This document shows positions 49,501-58,903 of a stretch of 64,000 nt of DNA, piece after piece; the stretch's first letter is position 1; each line of letters starts with the position of its first letter. The notes beneath the pieces were generated by a model. It was not told where the DNA came from and did not search any database. It was given only the letters and a program-made list of their open reading frames with translations. Source of the DNA: a virus (taxonomy: Duplodnaviria; Caudoviricetes); the IMG/VR virus record IMGVR_UViG_2563367162_000001, positions 1 to 64,000 of that record. The stretch is one strand, 5' to 3'. The translations under genes and the position numbers were made by a program.

Positions 49501-50868
49501 CTACATGTCCGCGCCGGCCTGGCGGCTGATGCTGTTTATCGAGTTCACGGCTTTCAGCGTATAGCCGGCGGGAGTCTTGGAGAGCATCAGCGCGCTTCCT
49601 TTCCCGGCCATGCCGGTGACGGTCGGCGGCTTAACGGCCTTTCCCTGCATGAGCGTGTTCCATTGCTCGGCCTTCATGCTCTCCACGGCGACACCTTTGG
49701 CACGCAGTTCCCGGATGATGTTTCCCATATCGCATCCTTTCTTGTCCGGGACAGCGGACGAGTTGAATTTTTCACAGGCCCCGGCGAGTTTTCTCTCCCT
49801 GCGCTCGCCGGCCTCCTCAAGTTCCCGGGCGCGTTCCACGCCGCTGCCCGAGTACTGTGCCTCAAGGCCGGCCTCGTAATACTCCCTGTTAATTTCCTGA
49901 ATCTCCCTGTCCAGTTTCTCAACGGCCTCCTTTACCTGTCCGGCCGACGGCTTCTTTCCTGCGGCCTCCCCGGCCTTTTTCGCGGCCGTGCGTTTTGCCG
50001 GGGCGGCGGAACTCCCGTGTGTGCGGGCCTCCTTCGTTTTCTTCCCGGCATCCTTCCCGAGCTCCAGTCCGTACAGGCTTGCGGCCTGCTTCTTCACCTC
50101 CTCTGCCGGGGAGCTGATGAGCGTCGCGGCAGTCCTGTCGGCATGCAGGACAGAAAGCTGCACCTTCTCCGTGGGATTCTCGATGTGGCGGATGTTACGG
50201 GGATCGCTTCTGACGGCGGCGAGCTGGACGGCCTCCGGAGGATCCGCCAGATACATGACGGTCTCCCCCCTGGCCTGCACGGCCGCGAGCTGCACGCTTT
50301 CCGCAGGGGATTTTATGTGACGCAGAGCATCCGGATTCCTCTGTATGGCCATGTGCTGCACCTTTTCCGCGGGTTCCTCGATGTGGCGGATGTATTCCGG
50401 CTCCTTCTGTACCGCCGCCAGCTGCACCTTCATGGCAGGTTCCCGGATGGAGGCGATGTGCTGCGGATCCTTCAGCACGGCCATCAGTTGCACCCTCTCC
50501 GCCGGCTTCCGTATCAGGGCGACACATTCGGGTCTTCTCTCGACAGCCGCCAGCTGCACCTTCTCCGAAGGATCGGGTATGAAGCCGATGTAGGACGGTC
50601 TGGCACGTATGACGGACAACTGGACCCGCTCGCCTGGCGAGGCGATGAAATGAATGTTGTGCGGCGCGTTCCTGACTGCGGCAAGCTGCACTTTCTCCAC
50701 GGGTTTGTCGATGAAGCAGATGACACTCCTGTCCCTGCGGACCGCCGCCATCTGGACACGTGCGGAAGGGTTGGCAAGCATGCTGATGGCGCGGGGATTG
50801 CGGAGTACGGTTCTCATGTCCCGGCTGAACAATGCCGCCAGGCGTTCTGAAATGGTAGGCATGGGCAT
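49501..50868 (-). CDS. Helical repeat protein (~21-aa 'P.EKVQLAAV' repeats, DUF4116-like)
   Basis: About 11 tandem repeats visible in the protein. Confidence 0.75.
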   Translation of the reverse strand: MPMPTISERLAALFSRDMRTVLRNPRAISMLANPSARVQMAAVRRDRSVICFIDKPVEKVQLAAVRNAPHNIHFIASPGERVQLSVIRARPSYIGFIPDPSEKVQLAAVERRPECVALIRKPAERVQLMAVLKDPQHIASIREPAMKVQLAAVQKEPEYIRHIEEPAEKVQHMAIQRNPDALRHIKSPAESVQLAAVQARGETVMYLADPPEAVQLAAVRSDPRNIRHIENPTEKVQLSVLHADRTAATLISSPAEEVKKQAASLYGLELGKDAGKKTKEARTHGSSAAPAKRTAAKKAGEAAGKKPSAGQVKEAVEKLDREIQEINREYYEAGLEAQYSGSGVERARELEEAGERRERKLAGACEKFNSSAVPDKKGCDMGNIIRELRAKGVAVESMKAEQWNTLMQGKAVKPPTVTGMAGKGSALMLSKTPAGYTLKAVNSINSISRQAGADM

Positions 50869-51272
50869 CAGTTTTTATAAGGTTTGACTTCGGTCAGGAA
50901 CTCCTCTATGGCCGCCGTGTCCGGCTTTCCCTCATTCCTGTCACTTTTCATCCGCAGGACCAGTCTCTCGGCCGCGTCCAGCACATTCTCTTCAGGAAGG
51001 AGGTCCAGGCCCAGCATTTTCTCCACGGCCATGAAGCAGGTCCTCCGCGAGGGGGCGTGCATGAGCAGGACGCTCTCCGCAGAGCGGAGAACCGCCACGA
51101 GCTGCACCTTTTCCGTGGCCGAGGGCAGGTGCCCTATCAGCTCCGGTTTTCTCTGTACCGCCGCCATCTGGGCCTTCTCGGACGGCGTCTTGAATTGCAG
51201 GATCATGTCCGGATCGGCCAGGACCGCTGCGAGCCGGGCATTCTCCGGCATCATCTTGTTTTCGGTTGACAT
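50868..51272 (-). CDS. Short paralog with the same helical repeats
   Basis: PSEKAQMAAV, ATEKVQLVAV. Confidence 0.65.
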   Translation of the reverse strand: MSTENKMMPENARLAAVLADPDMILQFKTPSEKAQMAAVQRKPELIGHLPSATEKVQLVAVLRSAESVLLMHAPSRRTCFMAVEKMLGLDLLPEENVLDAAERLVLRMKSDRNEGKPDTAAIEEFLTEVKPYKN

Positions 51273-51427
51273 GGTTGTCTTGGTTTTAGTTATACATGAT
51301 GTTTGTGGAACACGCACTGTGCCGGTTCCGGAGTGCAAGGTACGGAGGTTCGTCGCAATCATGTTGCGACGTGCGGGATTTCGCGTCACGCACGCCGGCA
51401 ACGGGACCGGAATCCTGTAACAGAAAA

Positions 51428-51465
51428 CGCGGACAATCCGGAGGGGGGATCCGGTATTGTCCGCG
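51428..51465 (-). terminator. Hairpin downstream of the methylase
   Basis: CGCGGACAATCCGG..CCGGTATTGTCCGCG followed by TTTT on the minus strand. Confidence 0.55.
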
Positions 51466-51501
51466 GGAAAGAATTCAAGGTGGTGTGTGCGGTGATGTTT
51501 G

Positions 51502-52344
51502 TCAGGCGGCCCCGGGCATCTCCCTGTAGAGCATGATATCCGTATAGGACGAAGCGTAATTCATCCGTGCGGCGAACGTGGACCGGCCCGCCCCCCTGAA
51601 AGGATTGCCGCTTCCGGGATGCTCCTCCATCCAGCTGCAGAAATCCAGTATGGGCGACTTGGACGAGGTGAAATAGACAAACGGGTGTCCCTTCAGGACA
51701 AGCAGGACATCCAGATAGTCCTTCAGCTTCCAGTCCATTTGGTATGTGCTGGTGTCCGTGGCCATGTAGGGGGGATCGACAAGGAACACGACGTCCGGCG
51801 AGCAGCCGTATTTGTCCGCCAGCACCTTGTAATCGCAGCAGACCACTTCAAGGCCGTCAAGATAGCCCCCGCAGCGGTAGTCGGAAAGGCGCAGGTTGTT
51901 GTAGAAGCTCTGCTTCCCGAGCTCCTCCAGGTTCAGGGCGTATTTCCCGGAAAACAGCAGGGAGGATGAGAGGGTGATGTAATCCACCGCTCCTGTTTGT
52001 TCCTCCTGCCGGATGCGTTCGAGAAATGCCGCACGCAGGCTTCCGGTTATCATCTTATGGCGGGGATGTTCCCGTGCCATATCCCGCAGGTCCGCCAGCA
52101 GACGGTTGGTCCGGCCGATATTCTCCAGACGCCCGCGGTAGTTGTCGTGGTCATTGTAAATGACCGTCGCGTCAGGGCGTTCCCGTTTGGTGATGTGCGC
52201 CAGCAGGCCGGAACCGCCGAACAGGTCGACAAAGACCGTCTTGTCACCGAAACGTTCCAGTACCTTTCTGAATTCTGACGCGAACATGCGTTTCTGCCCC
52301 ACGAAAGGAAGCGGGGCCTGGCTGTAAATGTTAGTCTTTTCCAT
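51502..52344 (-). CDS. D12-class N6-adenine DNA methyltransferase (orphan)
   Basis: PLPFVGQKR, VDLFGGSG, DPPY. Confidence 0.88.
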   Translation of the reverse strand: MEKTNIYSQAPLPFVGQKRMFASEFRKVLERFGDKTVFVDLFGGSGLLAHITKRERPDATVIYNDHDNYRGRLENIGRTNRLLADLRDMAREHPRHKMITGSLRAAFLERIRQEEQTGAVDYITLSSSLLFSGKYALNLEELGKQSFYNNLRLSDYRCGGYLDGLEVVCCDYKVLADKYGCSPDVVFLVDPPYMATDTSTYQMDWKLKDYLDVLLVLKGHPFVYFTSSKSPILDFCSWMEEHPGSGNPFRGAGRSTFAARMNYASSYTDIMLYREMPGAA

Positions 52345-52435
52345 TATATAATCAGTTTGTCGTGAGATATAAGTGTTTGTATTTCCGGCACAAAGTTCCG
52401 CACTTCCTGCCATGAAAGCAAAAAACAGGCGCCAC

Positions 52436-52678
52436 TTATACTGCATGGAGCGTACACTCCTTCTTGAAACGTCCGATAATCTCGTAGATTTTCCGTTCCG
52501 AAACACCATGCCTCACCGACAGGGCGGCGACGCAGTAGGTGACCTTGTCACCCTGAAGCCGCATACGTTCATACTCCTTGTACAGGTCGAGATACCTGCA
52601 GTCATCCGGCTTGAAACCCATCGCCCTCAGGCGTTCAAGAACCTCCCTGTTAAAATTTAGAATCTCAAATAATGTCAT
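52436..52678 (-). CDS. Small HTH protein upstream of the methylase
   Basis: ..HGVSERKIYEII HTH-like. Confidence 0.65.
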   Translation of the reverse strand: MTLFEILNFNREVLERLRAMGFKPDDCRYLDLYKEYERMRLQGDKVTYCVAALSVRHGVSERKIYEIIGRFKKECTLHAV

Positions 52679-52704
52679 AACGAATATTTTCTTAACTTTG
52701 CAAA

Positions 52705-52827
52705 GCCAATCATTTTTGTAACATAAAAAAAGCAGAACCGCAACAGAGGGTATTTGCCCCCGGTTGCGCGGTTCTGCGTAGTGTTACAAAGTGATTGGCG
52801 TTACTTTTAACAGGCCGGGGGCTTTTA
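52705..52827 (+). ncRNA. Candidate structured ncRNA homologous to 3948-4095
   Basis: TAACTTTG -7 box upstream; nested stems GCCAATCA/TGATTGGC, TTTGTAACA/TGTTACAAA, GCAGAACCGC/GCGGTTCTGC; GCCCCCGG/CCGGGGGC pseudoknot. Confidence 0.6.
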
Positions 52828-53145
52828 TTATCTTCATAACGTCCCCGGCAAGATCCCTGACTTTTTTAGTCTTATATGTACGGGCTTTATACCTTTAAGA
52901 CCGCAAGATATATTATGTGGTCGCATTTTTTTTGCGATATACCTTTCCCGTGAAAGAAATAGTTTTTCAATTTAAGTAAATTACTTCATTTATATTATTT
53001 ACTGATTAAGTGATTTATAATAAATACACATTCTACTATATAAGTATAATATGTGAAATATATTTAAAGTAAAATAGTATTTACGTAAAATGCTTGGCAA
53101 TCTGTGTGATATTTTGTATCTTTACACCGTAATAATCAAGGAGAT

Positions 53146-53967
53146 ATGAACATTATGAAGACAATTACGACAGCATGTGTCAATCACAAGGGTGGTGTCG
53201 CCAAGACGACCTCACTGTTGAATCTGGCTGCCGGAATCGCACGGCTGCACGGAAAGAAGGTATGTATTATCGATGCGGATCCGCAGGCGAATACGACGAT
53301 GGCGGCATTCGGGGAGGAAATGGCAAGTCTTTCCACGGAGGCCTTGCTTGAGAGCGTGCTGCAGGACTGCATGCAGGACAAGCCTCTGAATCTGAAGCCG
53401 CAAAAATGGCTGGAGAAGGTGGATATATTGCCGGCATCTCTGGACCTGGCGGCAACGGAGGTGGTGATGAACACCACGCCGGGAAGGGAGTTCCTTTTCA
53501 GGGAGATTATAAAGGTACTGGCGGAAAATTATGAGTATATACTTATAGACTGTCCGCCCTCGCTGGGAATCATTACGCAGAACGCGCTCATGGCAAGTGA
53601 CTTTGTCATCATACCCACGGACGGGAACTATTTCGCAATGAAGGGTATCGAGAAGATACATTATATCATCAGCCTGCTCAGAAGGAAGCTGGGCGCGCAG
53701 GTACGCATACTCGGATACTTCATGACCAGGTTCAATGCGAAAAGAAAGCTGGATGCGGATATAAGGGAGAGCCTGAAGGAGGCGCTGGGGGAAGGAATGT
53801 TTGAAACAACGATCCGCAACAACGTGGCCTTGGGAGAATCCCAGTACAACGCGCAAAGCATTTTTGATTATGCGCCCTCGTCAAACGGGGCTGAGGACTA
53901 CAGGAAGCTGACGGAGGAATTTGTCGGGAGAGTGAAAAGGATGAATAAACAAAATACTGGAAAATGA
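53146..53967 (+). CDS. parA: ParA family partition ATPase
   Basis: NHKGGVAKTT, IDADPQAN, IDCPPSLG. Confidence 0.92.
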   Translation: MNIMKTITTACVNHKGGVAKTTSLLNLAAGIARLHGKKVCIIDADPQANTTMAAFGEEMASLSTEALLESVLQDCMQDKPLNLKPQKWLEKVDILPASLDLAATEVVMNTTPGREFLFREIIKVLAENYEYILIDCPPSLGIITQNALMASDFVIIPTDGNYFAMKGIEKIHYIISLLRRKLGAQVRILGYFMTRFNAKRKLDADIRESLKEALGEGMFETTIRNNVALGESQYNAQSIFDYAPSSNGAEDYRKLTEEFVGRVKRMNKQNTGK

Positions 53968-54245
53968 AAGAGTTCAAGTCAAGAGGGATCTCACTGGAGA
54001 ACATGGTGGGGGAAAACACGGTGAAAGAAAAGGGCATGACTGGAAAGCCTGCGGGAAAAACATACAACCAGACTATCGCGCTGGCAGAGGATCTTGTGTG
54101 GGAATTGAGAACATTCGCCGCGGATCACCGGTACAGGGGCGTCAAAACGATACTTGAAGCGATGATAGGGTGCTTCCTCAAAGAGGACGGGACACTGGAC
54201 CGAGAAAAGCTGGAGGATTTCTGGAGAGAATATGTGGAGAAGTGA
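53964..54245 (+). CDS. Small ParA partner protein
   Basis: Overlaps the parA stop; 93 aa. Confidence 0.6.
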   Translation: MKEFKSRGISLENMVGENTVKEKGMTGKPAGKTYNQTIALAEDLVWELRTFAADHRYRGVKTILEAMIGCFLKEDGTLDREKLEDFWREYVEK

Positions 54246-54307
54246 AATATGGAAATTACTATAAAAGTAACAGTCGGATAAAAGTAAGATACTTAACTAA
54301 AAAAAAC

Positions 54308-56146
54308 ATGAAAAAGATATTCGGATACATATTGGCCGCCTCGCTTGCCTGTACGCTTGCATCATGTGAAAAGGACGAAATTTTGCCGGAGCCGGAACCG
54401 CCCGTGGTGAATCCCGGCGGAAGTCAGGAGGAGGAAGAAGAACCCGGAGAGGAACCGGAAAAAATACAGCTGGGCGTCACCGCCGCATTGCAGGGCATGC
54501 AACAGACAAGGGGGATCATTGAGGCGTTCGTGCCGGGACACGCCATGGGAGTGTTTGTCAATACGGACGGGACGGAAGCCGCAGGCCCGAAAAACGCCTC
54601 CTACGTCTTTGACGGGAAAGAATGGAACGCTGCCGGCGAGGTACCGGTGGAGGGGGATGCGGAGGTTGTCGCATATCTGCCGTATGACAACGCGGTGACT
54701 GACTGCAAGAATGTGCCGTTTGATCTGGCGGACCAGGATGACATCCTGTACGGATCCGCCAGGGTGACAAAAGACATGCCCACCGCCGACCTGATGATGC
54801 GGCACGCAATGACGCTTGTACGTGTGCGGCTGATGAAAAACGAGTACATCGGTGCGGGAGTGGTATCGGATATGACATTCTCGGAAATATATACCGCCGG
54901 AACGGTCGACGCCTTGTCCGGAACTGTGAAGATGGACTACAACAGGGGACGTGGTGCGGTCAGAGTCGGAGGGAACTACGCCCTGAATGATGCGGATCCG
55001 GTCGTTGTCGATGCGATTCTTATTCCAAGGGCATCATATGACCACCAGGCATGTGTCAGCTTTACCATTGACGGACAGAAGCACACTTATGCATTCCCGG
55101 TGCAGCATGAATGGAAGGCGGGCATGAAATACACCTATACGCTGAATATGACGGGGAATTACAACGCGCCGGTCAACAAGGAACAGGTGGATATTGATGT
55201 GGAATACTGGAGCCAGTACGGCAAGACCGATGAAATCATACTCAATCCTGATCCGGACGATTATCCTTTCAAGATATGGCCGAACTACACAGAATACGGA
55301 TACGACTGTTATCAAAACGAAGGCAAGGTGTTCGGGACATTCTATACGCCTTTCTGTGATGATGGCGAAGGGGAGATGAGATTTGTATTCATGAGGCAGG
55401 GTACCAATGAGATTGTGGAGAAGTTCCAGCCGATAGACATCAAGACCAATGGAGGATGGGACGGCAAGCGCATCCAGTGTTATGTCACCTCCGCACCGGG
55501 AACCTACCAGCTTGTCCCATTGTTCCGTAGGAAAGGAGAAACAATGTGGTGTAGGGCCGTTGGATATTCTTATGGAAGCACTGATCAGGAGTGGCTGTAT
55601 GAGGTGAAGGCGCCCGCATCAGAGAATTTGCCGGCATTGCGCATGATGGAGGTGGAAGGGCAGGGATATACTTCTATTCTTGCATATCCGGTGCCTGATG
55701 ACACTCCATGGAACCTGGTATATGTTTTGTCCAATAAAGGAGAAAAAGCATTGAGAGGCGAAATTAAAGCGGTCTGGGAGCGTGAGTTCAAGATGAATTC
55801 TAATTCATACAGACCAAGTATTAAAAGAAAAGGTGCGGTCAATGATGACGAATGGAGGGATGAGATTGGTACTGTGGCTGTTGATGTTCCGGCAGGAATA
55901 CGTTTCTGGAAAGGTATTATGGAGTGCCAGTTCCCGGTTAAACGATTGGATCCTAAATACGATGGAGTTGGTTATGCAACTCCTTTAGTTCATCTGTATT
56001 GGAAAGCGGAAGGTTCCAATGAATGGGTATTGCTTCGGTGTGATGCAGACTATCTCTTCAACCGCAACTATACGGACGGATATATTTGGGATGAGACAAC
56101 GAATTATATAAAAATACTTCCACAAAGTTGGAATAACAGAAATTGA
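54308..56146 (+). CDS. Fimbrillin-family (type V pilus-like) lipoprotein
   Basis: Lipobox LASC, QTRG propeptide site, AYLPY, DDILYG, H.MT.V, W.AGMKYTYTL; extra C-terminal domains. Confidence 0.8.
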   Translation: MKKIFGYILAASLACTLASCEKDEILPEPEPPVVNPGGSQEEEEEPGEEPEKIQLGVTAALQGMQQTRGIIEAFVPGHAMGVFVNTDGTEAAGPKNASYVFDGKEWNAAGEVPVEGDAEVVAYLPYDNAVTDCKNVPFDLADQDDILYGSARVTKDMPTADLMMRHAMTLVRVRLMKNEYIGAGVVSDMTFSEIYTAGTVDALSGTVKMDYNRGRGAVRVGGNYALNDADPVVVDAILIPRASYDHQACVSFTIDGQKHTYAFPVQHEWKAGMKYTYTLNMTGNYNAPVNKEQVDIDVEYWSQYGKTDEIILNPDPDDYPFKIWPNYTEYGYDCYQNEGKVFGTFYTPFCDDGEGEMRFVFMRQGTNEIVEKFQPIDIKTNGGWDGKRIQCYVTSAPGTYQLVPLFRRKGETMWCRAVGYSYGSTDQEWLYEVKAPASENLPALRMMEVEGQGYTSILAYPVPDDTPWNLVYVLSNKGEKALRGEIKAVWEREFKMNSNSYRPSIKRKGAVNDDEWRDEIGTVAVDVPAGIRFWKGIMECQFPVKRLDPKYDGVGYATPLVHLYWKAEGSNEWVLLRCDADYLFNRNYTDGYIWDETTNYIKILPQSWNNRN

Positions 56147-56147
56147 A

Positions 56148-56906
56148 ATGAATATATTTACCGATAAGCAATTACAGAAAGCCGAACAAATACTATGCTC
56201 TCCATTGGCAAAGTTGTCGGATCTGACATCTTCCGATATACGTAATTTGGCCGTGGTGTGGAGTTATTATTCGGGAAAGATCGAAGGGAATACATATACA
56301 TATGTGGAGACGGAAGCGCTTCTGAAAGACGGCATCACTTCTGAAAAAAGATATGAGGATGCAAAAATGTTGAAGAACCTGCATAACGTCTTTGTGTCGG
56401 AAATGGAATATATCCATAAAGGAGGTAATACGGAAATGATAGATGAACGTACATTGCTCCGGCTGCATTCCGGTTTGTCTTCCGGGTTGGTTTCCGATGA
56501 AGAAGCCGGACAGTTCAGGACACGCCCGGTACGGATCAGCGGGACGGAATATATACCTCCGCGTGATGTGTATGAGATCCGCTTCAAGTTAAGCGAGGTC
56601 CTGTATCGCCAGACTGAACTGGACAATCCTCTTGAACGTGCCGTATATTTACACTGTAACATTGCGAAAATACAACCGTTTATAGATTGTAACAAACGGA
56701 CCGCACGCCTTGTGGAAAGTATTGTAATGATGAATGCCGGACTGATCCCGGTATATTCGGCCAGAGAGGCTGATATCCTGAACTATCGAAAAGGACTGGT
56801 CAGCTTTTATGAAAACGGAGCATATGAACTGTATGCCGATTATTTTTTGGAAAGACAAATAAGCCGGATAAGAGAACTGACAGCTGATACCGGCATGGAG
56901 ATATAA
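56148..56906 (+). CDS. Fic family protein (non-canonical motif)
   Basis: S.KIEGNT; QPFIDCNKRTAR in place of HPFxDGNGRxxR. Confidence 0.85.
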   Translation: MNIFTDKQLQKAEQILCSPLAKLSDLTSSDIRNLAVVWSYYSGKIEGNTYTYVETEALLKDGITSEKRYEDAKMLKNLHNVFVSEMEYIHKGGNTEMIDERTLLRLHSGLSSGLVSDEEAGQFRTRPVRISGTEYIPPRDVYEIRFKLSEVLYRQTELDNPLERAVYLHCNIAKIQPFIDCNKRTARLVESIVMMNAGLIPVYSAREADILNYRKGLVSFYENGAYELYADYFLERQISRIRELTADTGMEI

Positions 56907-57036
56907 AATTCATTGGCATAAACAATTTGAATTTAAGGTGGAGAGGTCCTGTTGCAGTGATGCACCGGGACTTCATTTTTAAACGTAAACACATTAAAGA
57001 GATTCAAAAGAAAACAGCATAAGCTCCTATAAGAAT

Positions 57037-57909
57037 ATGCTTGGTATCTGTTCCAACAGTACTATTACAGCCAGATTTGAACAAGGTATATCTATTCCTG
57101 ATTACATTTTCGTAGGTGATAATGGTGTTATCTTTTCCCAAGAAAAAAAATATATATTGGGTGAAACGGATTGGTATTCAGTAGTACACGGTAATGGCAA
57201 ATATATAGCAGTCGGCAAACGTGGATATATGACCACTTCAACAGATGGCAGAACATGGACAGGACCGGACATCGTTGGATACTCGTCAGACTGGTATTCA
57301 ATAGTCTATGGAAACGGAAAATTTGTCGCTGCCGGTAATGGATATGTTGCAGTATCTACGGGCACCGGAGATTGGAACATTGTCAAGATCAGCAACACCA
57401 AGAACCGCACATGGAACAGCATACAATATTGCAATGGCCGGTTTATCGTTGTAGGCAATAACGGATATATGGCAACCTCCACAGACGGAAACGTCTGGCA
57501 GGAAACAAAAATTGGCTCCGGTGACTTAAAATCTGTAGCTTATGGAAATGGAATTTATGTCATTGCGGAAAAAAGTGGTTATATTAATCACTCGACAGAC
57601 CTGACAAACTGGAACAGGCTAAAAATCACAGTAACCAATTTGTATTCTTCAACATTCGGAAATAATAAATTTATTGTAAGTTCCTATGGATATATGCACT
57701 ATTCCATCGATGGGAAGAATTGGGTGGAGGTAGCCTTTGGGAATAATTCCTGGGAAAAAGTCATATTTGAAGATAATAGTTTTCTGGCTTTGGAAAACAA
57801 TGGTTATTTAGGAAAATCCACGGATGGAATTAATTGGAAATCTACCGGAATAATAGAAAGCGGAGACGTTCGGCTCAGCTTTCTCAATGGTTTTTGTCGC
57901 ATAAAATAA
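57037..57909 (+). CDS. Beta-propeller cassette A
   Basis: Repeats W.S..YGNGK..AVG..GY...S.DG..W; no signal peptide; begins at the 21-bp site. Confidence 0.8.
   Translation: MLGICSNSTITARFEQGISIPDYIFVGDNGVIFSQEKKYILGETDWYSVVHGNGKYIAVGKRGYMTTSTDGRTWTGPDIVGYSSDWYSIVYGNGKFVAAGNGYVAVSTGTGDWNIVKISNTKNRTWNSIQYCNGRFIVVGNNGYMATSTDGNVWQETKIGSGDLKSVAYGNGIYVIAEKSGYINHSTDLTNWNRLKITVTNLYSSTFGNNKFIVSSYGYMHYSIDGKNWVEVAFGNNSWEKVIFEDNSFLALENNGYLGKSTDGINWKSTGIIESGDVRLSFLNGFCRIK
57053..57073 (+). repeat. Cassette 5' site copy 1 (CCAACAGTACTATTACAGCCA)
   Basis: Identical 21-mers at 59785-59805 (-) and 61215-61235 (+). Confidence 0.9.
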
Positions 57910-57941
57910 AAAAATGGTTTTATTGAACTGACAGCATTAAG

Positions 57942-57972
57942 ATAGCGAAACCAATTCTCTCGGTTTCGCTAT
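57942..57972. terminator. Hairpin between convergent ORFs
   Basis: ATAGCGAAACC..GGTTTCGCTAT. Confidence 0.65.
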
Positions 57973-57996
57973 TAAATTTTGCATACAGTGCAAAAA

Positions 57997-58293
57997 CTAT
58001 AACAACTCTATTTCTTTTACGGATAATCCGGTAGCCTCCGAAATAATCTCAACCAACACACCCAGTTTCTTTAGATTAAAAGCATTTTCTTTTCTCTCTT
58101 TCAGACGGCCTTCAGCTTGCCCTTCTTCCCATCCTTTGGATTCTGCTGTAGCTATGGTGTTTTGCCAATCACGATAGACTTTTAGACTTTCTTCATAAGC
58201 TTCATACTGTTCTTTTGTGAATTTGGCTATTTCAACCGCTTCAAACAATTTATTAAACACTCTTTCCTGTAAAGCTTCCGGACGTTCCATCAA
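57997..58293 (-). pseudogene. C-terminal fragment of an Rpn / PD-(D/E)XK transposase-family protein
   Basis: F.KLFE..EIAKF..YEESLKVYRD..G.EEG..EG..IISEATGLS.KEI. Confidence 0.75.
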
Positions 58294-58739
58294 CCGATGG
58301 GGTGAACTGGACTACACCAAAGCAATTTGGTAGTAATACCTGGAATGCTGTAATATATGCTAATGGAAAGTTTGTGGCTGTTGGATCACATTGTTTCGCG
58401 GCTTTGTCGCTTAATGGTGAATTATGGCAGGAATCATATGATTTTCGGATAAATGGAGCGAGTGATATAATATATGCAAACGGTAAATATGTTGTGGTTG
58501 GAAACAAAGGCTTTACAAATACATCAACCAACGGTTCTGTCTGGGAACAGAAAGTATATGCAGGTAACATTAACTGGAAAGGCGTAGCTTACGCTGACGG
58601 AAAATATGTTGCCGTCGGAAGTAGTGGTTACATAACTTCATCGAATGACGGTGTGAGTTGGACTACTCCAAAACTAATAACAGATGAATCAGGAAATCCT
58701 ATTACAGCAACTCTAAATAGTATTTGCATCATGCCATAA
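58293..58739 (+). pseudogene. Beta-propeller cassette B (5'-truncated)
   Basis: Same repeats and C-terminus (DESGNPITATLNSIC); lacks the 5' half and the 21-bp site. Confidence 0.75.
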
Positions 58740-58789
58740 TAATATTCCCCGGAAATAATCGTTATGACAAGTGGTTCTCCGGAAGAGTA

Positions 58790-58826
58790 AGAAGGAGCTG
58801 TGTGATATTATTCATACAGCTCCTTC
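58790..58826. terminator. Hairpin between convergent cassettes B and C
   Basis: GAAGGAGCTGT..ACAGCTCCTTC. Confidence 0.65.
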
Positions 58827-58903
58827 ATTCTCCGGTTCTTCAGAATACCGTTTTACGTTCGCCTAAATCAGAATTGGGATATGACCGTTCTCACATCCGG
58901 TTG

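Noticed and set aside
49486-50850. 454-aa plus-strand ORF
   Set aside because: Antisense shadow of the repeat protein gene
51502-52344. Restriction-modification system
   Set aside because: No cognate endonuclease nearby; orphan methylase
58699-58711. Partial match CTATTACAGC to the cassette site
   Set aside because: Only 10 bp, at a cassette 3' end encoding PITAT; probably coincidental
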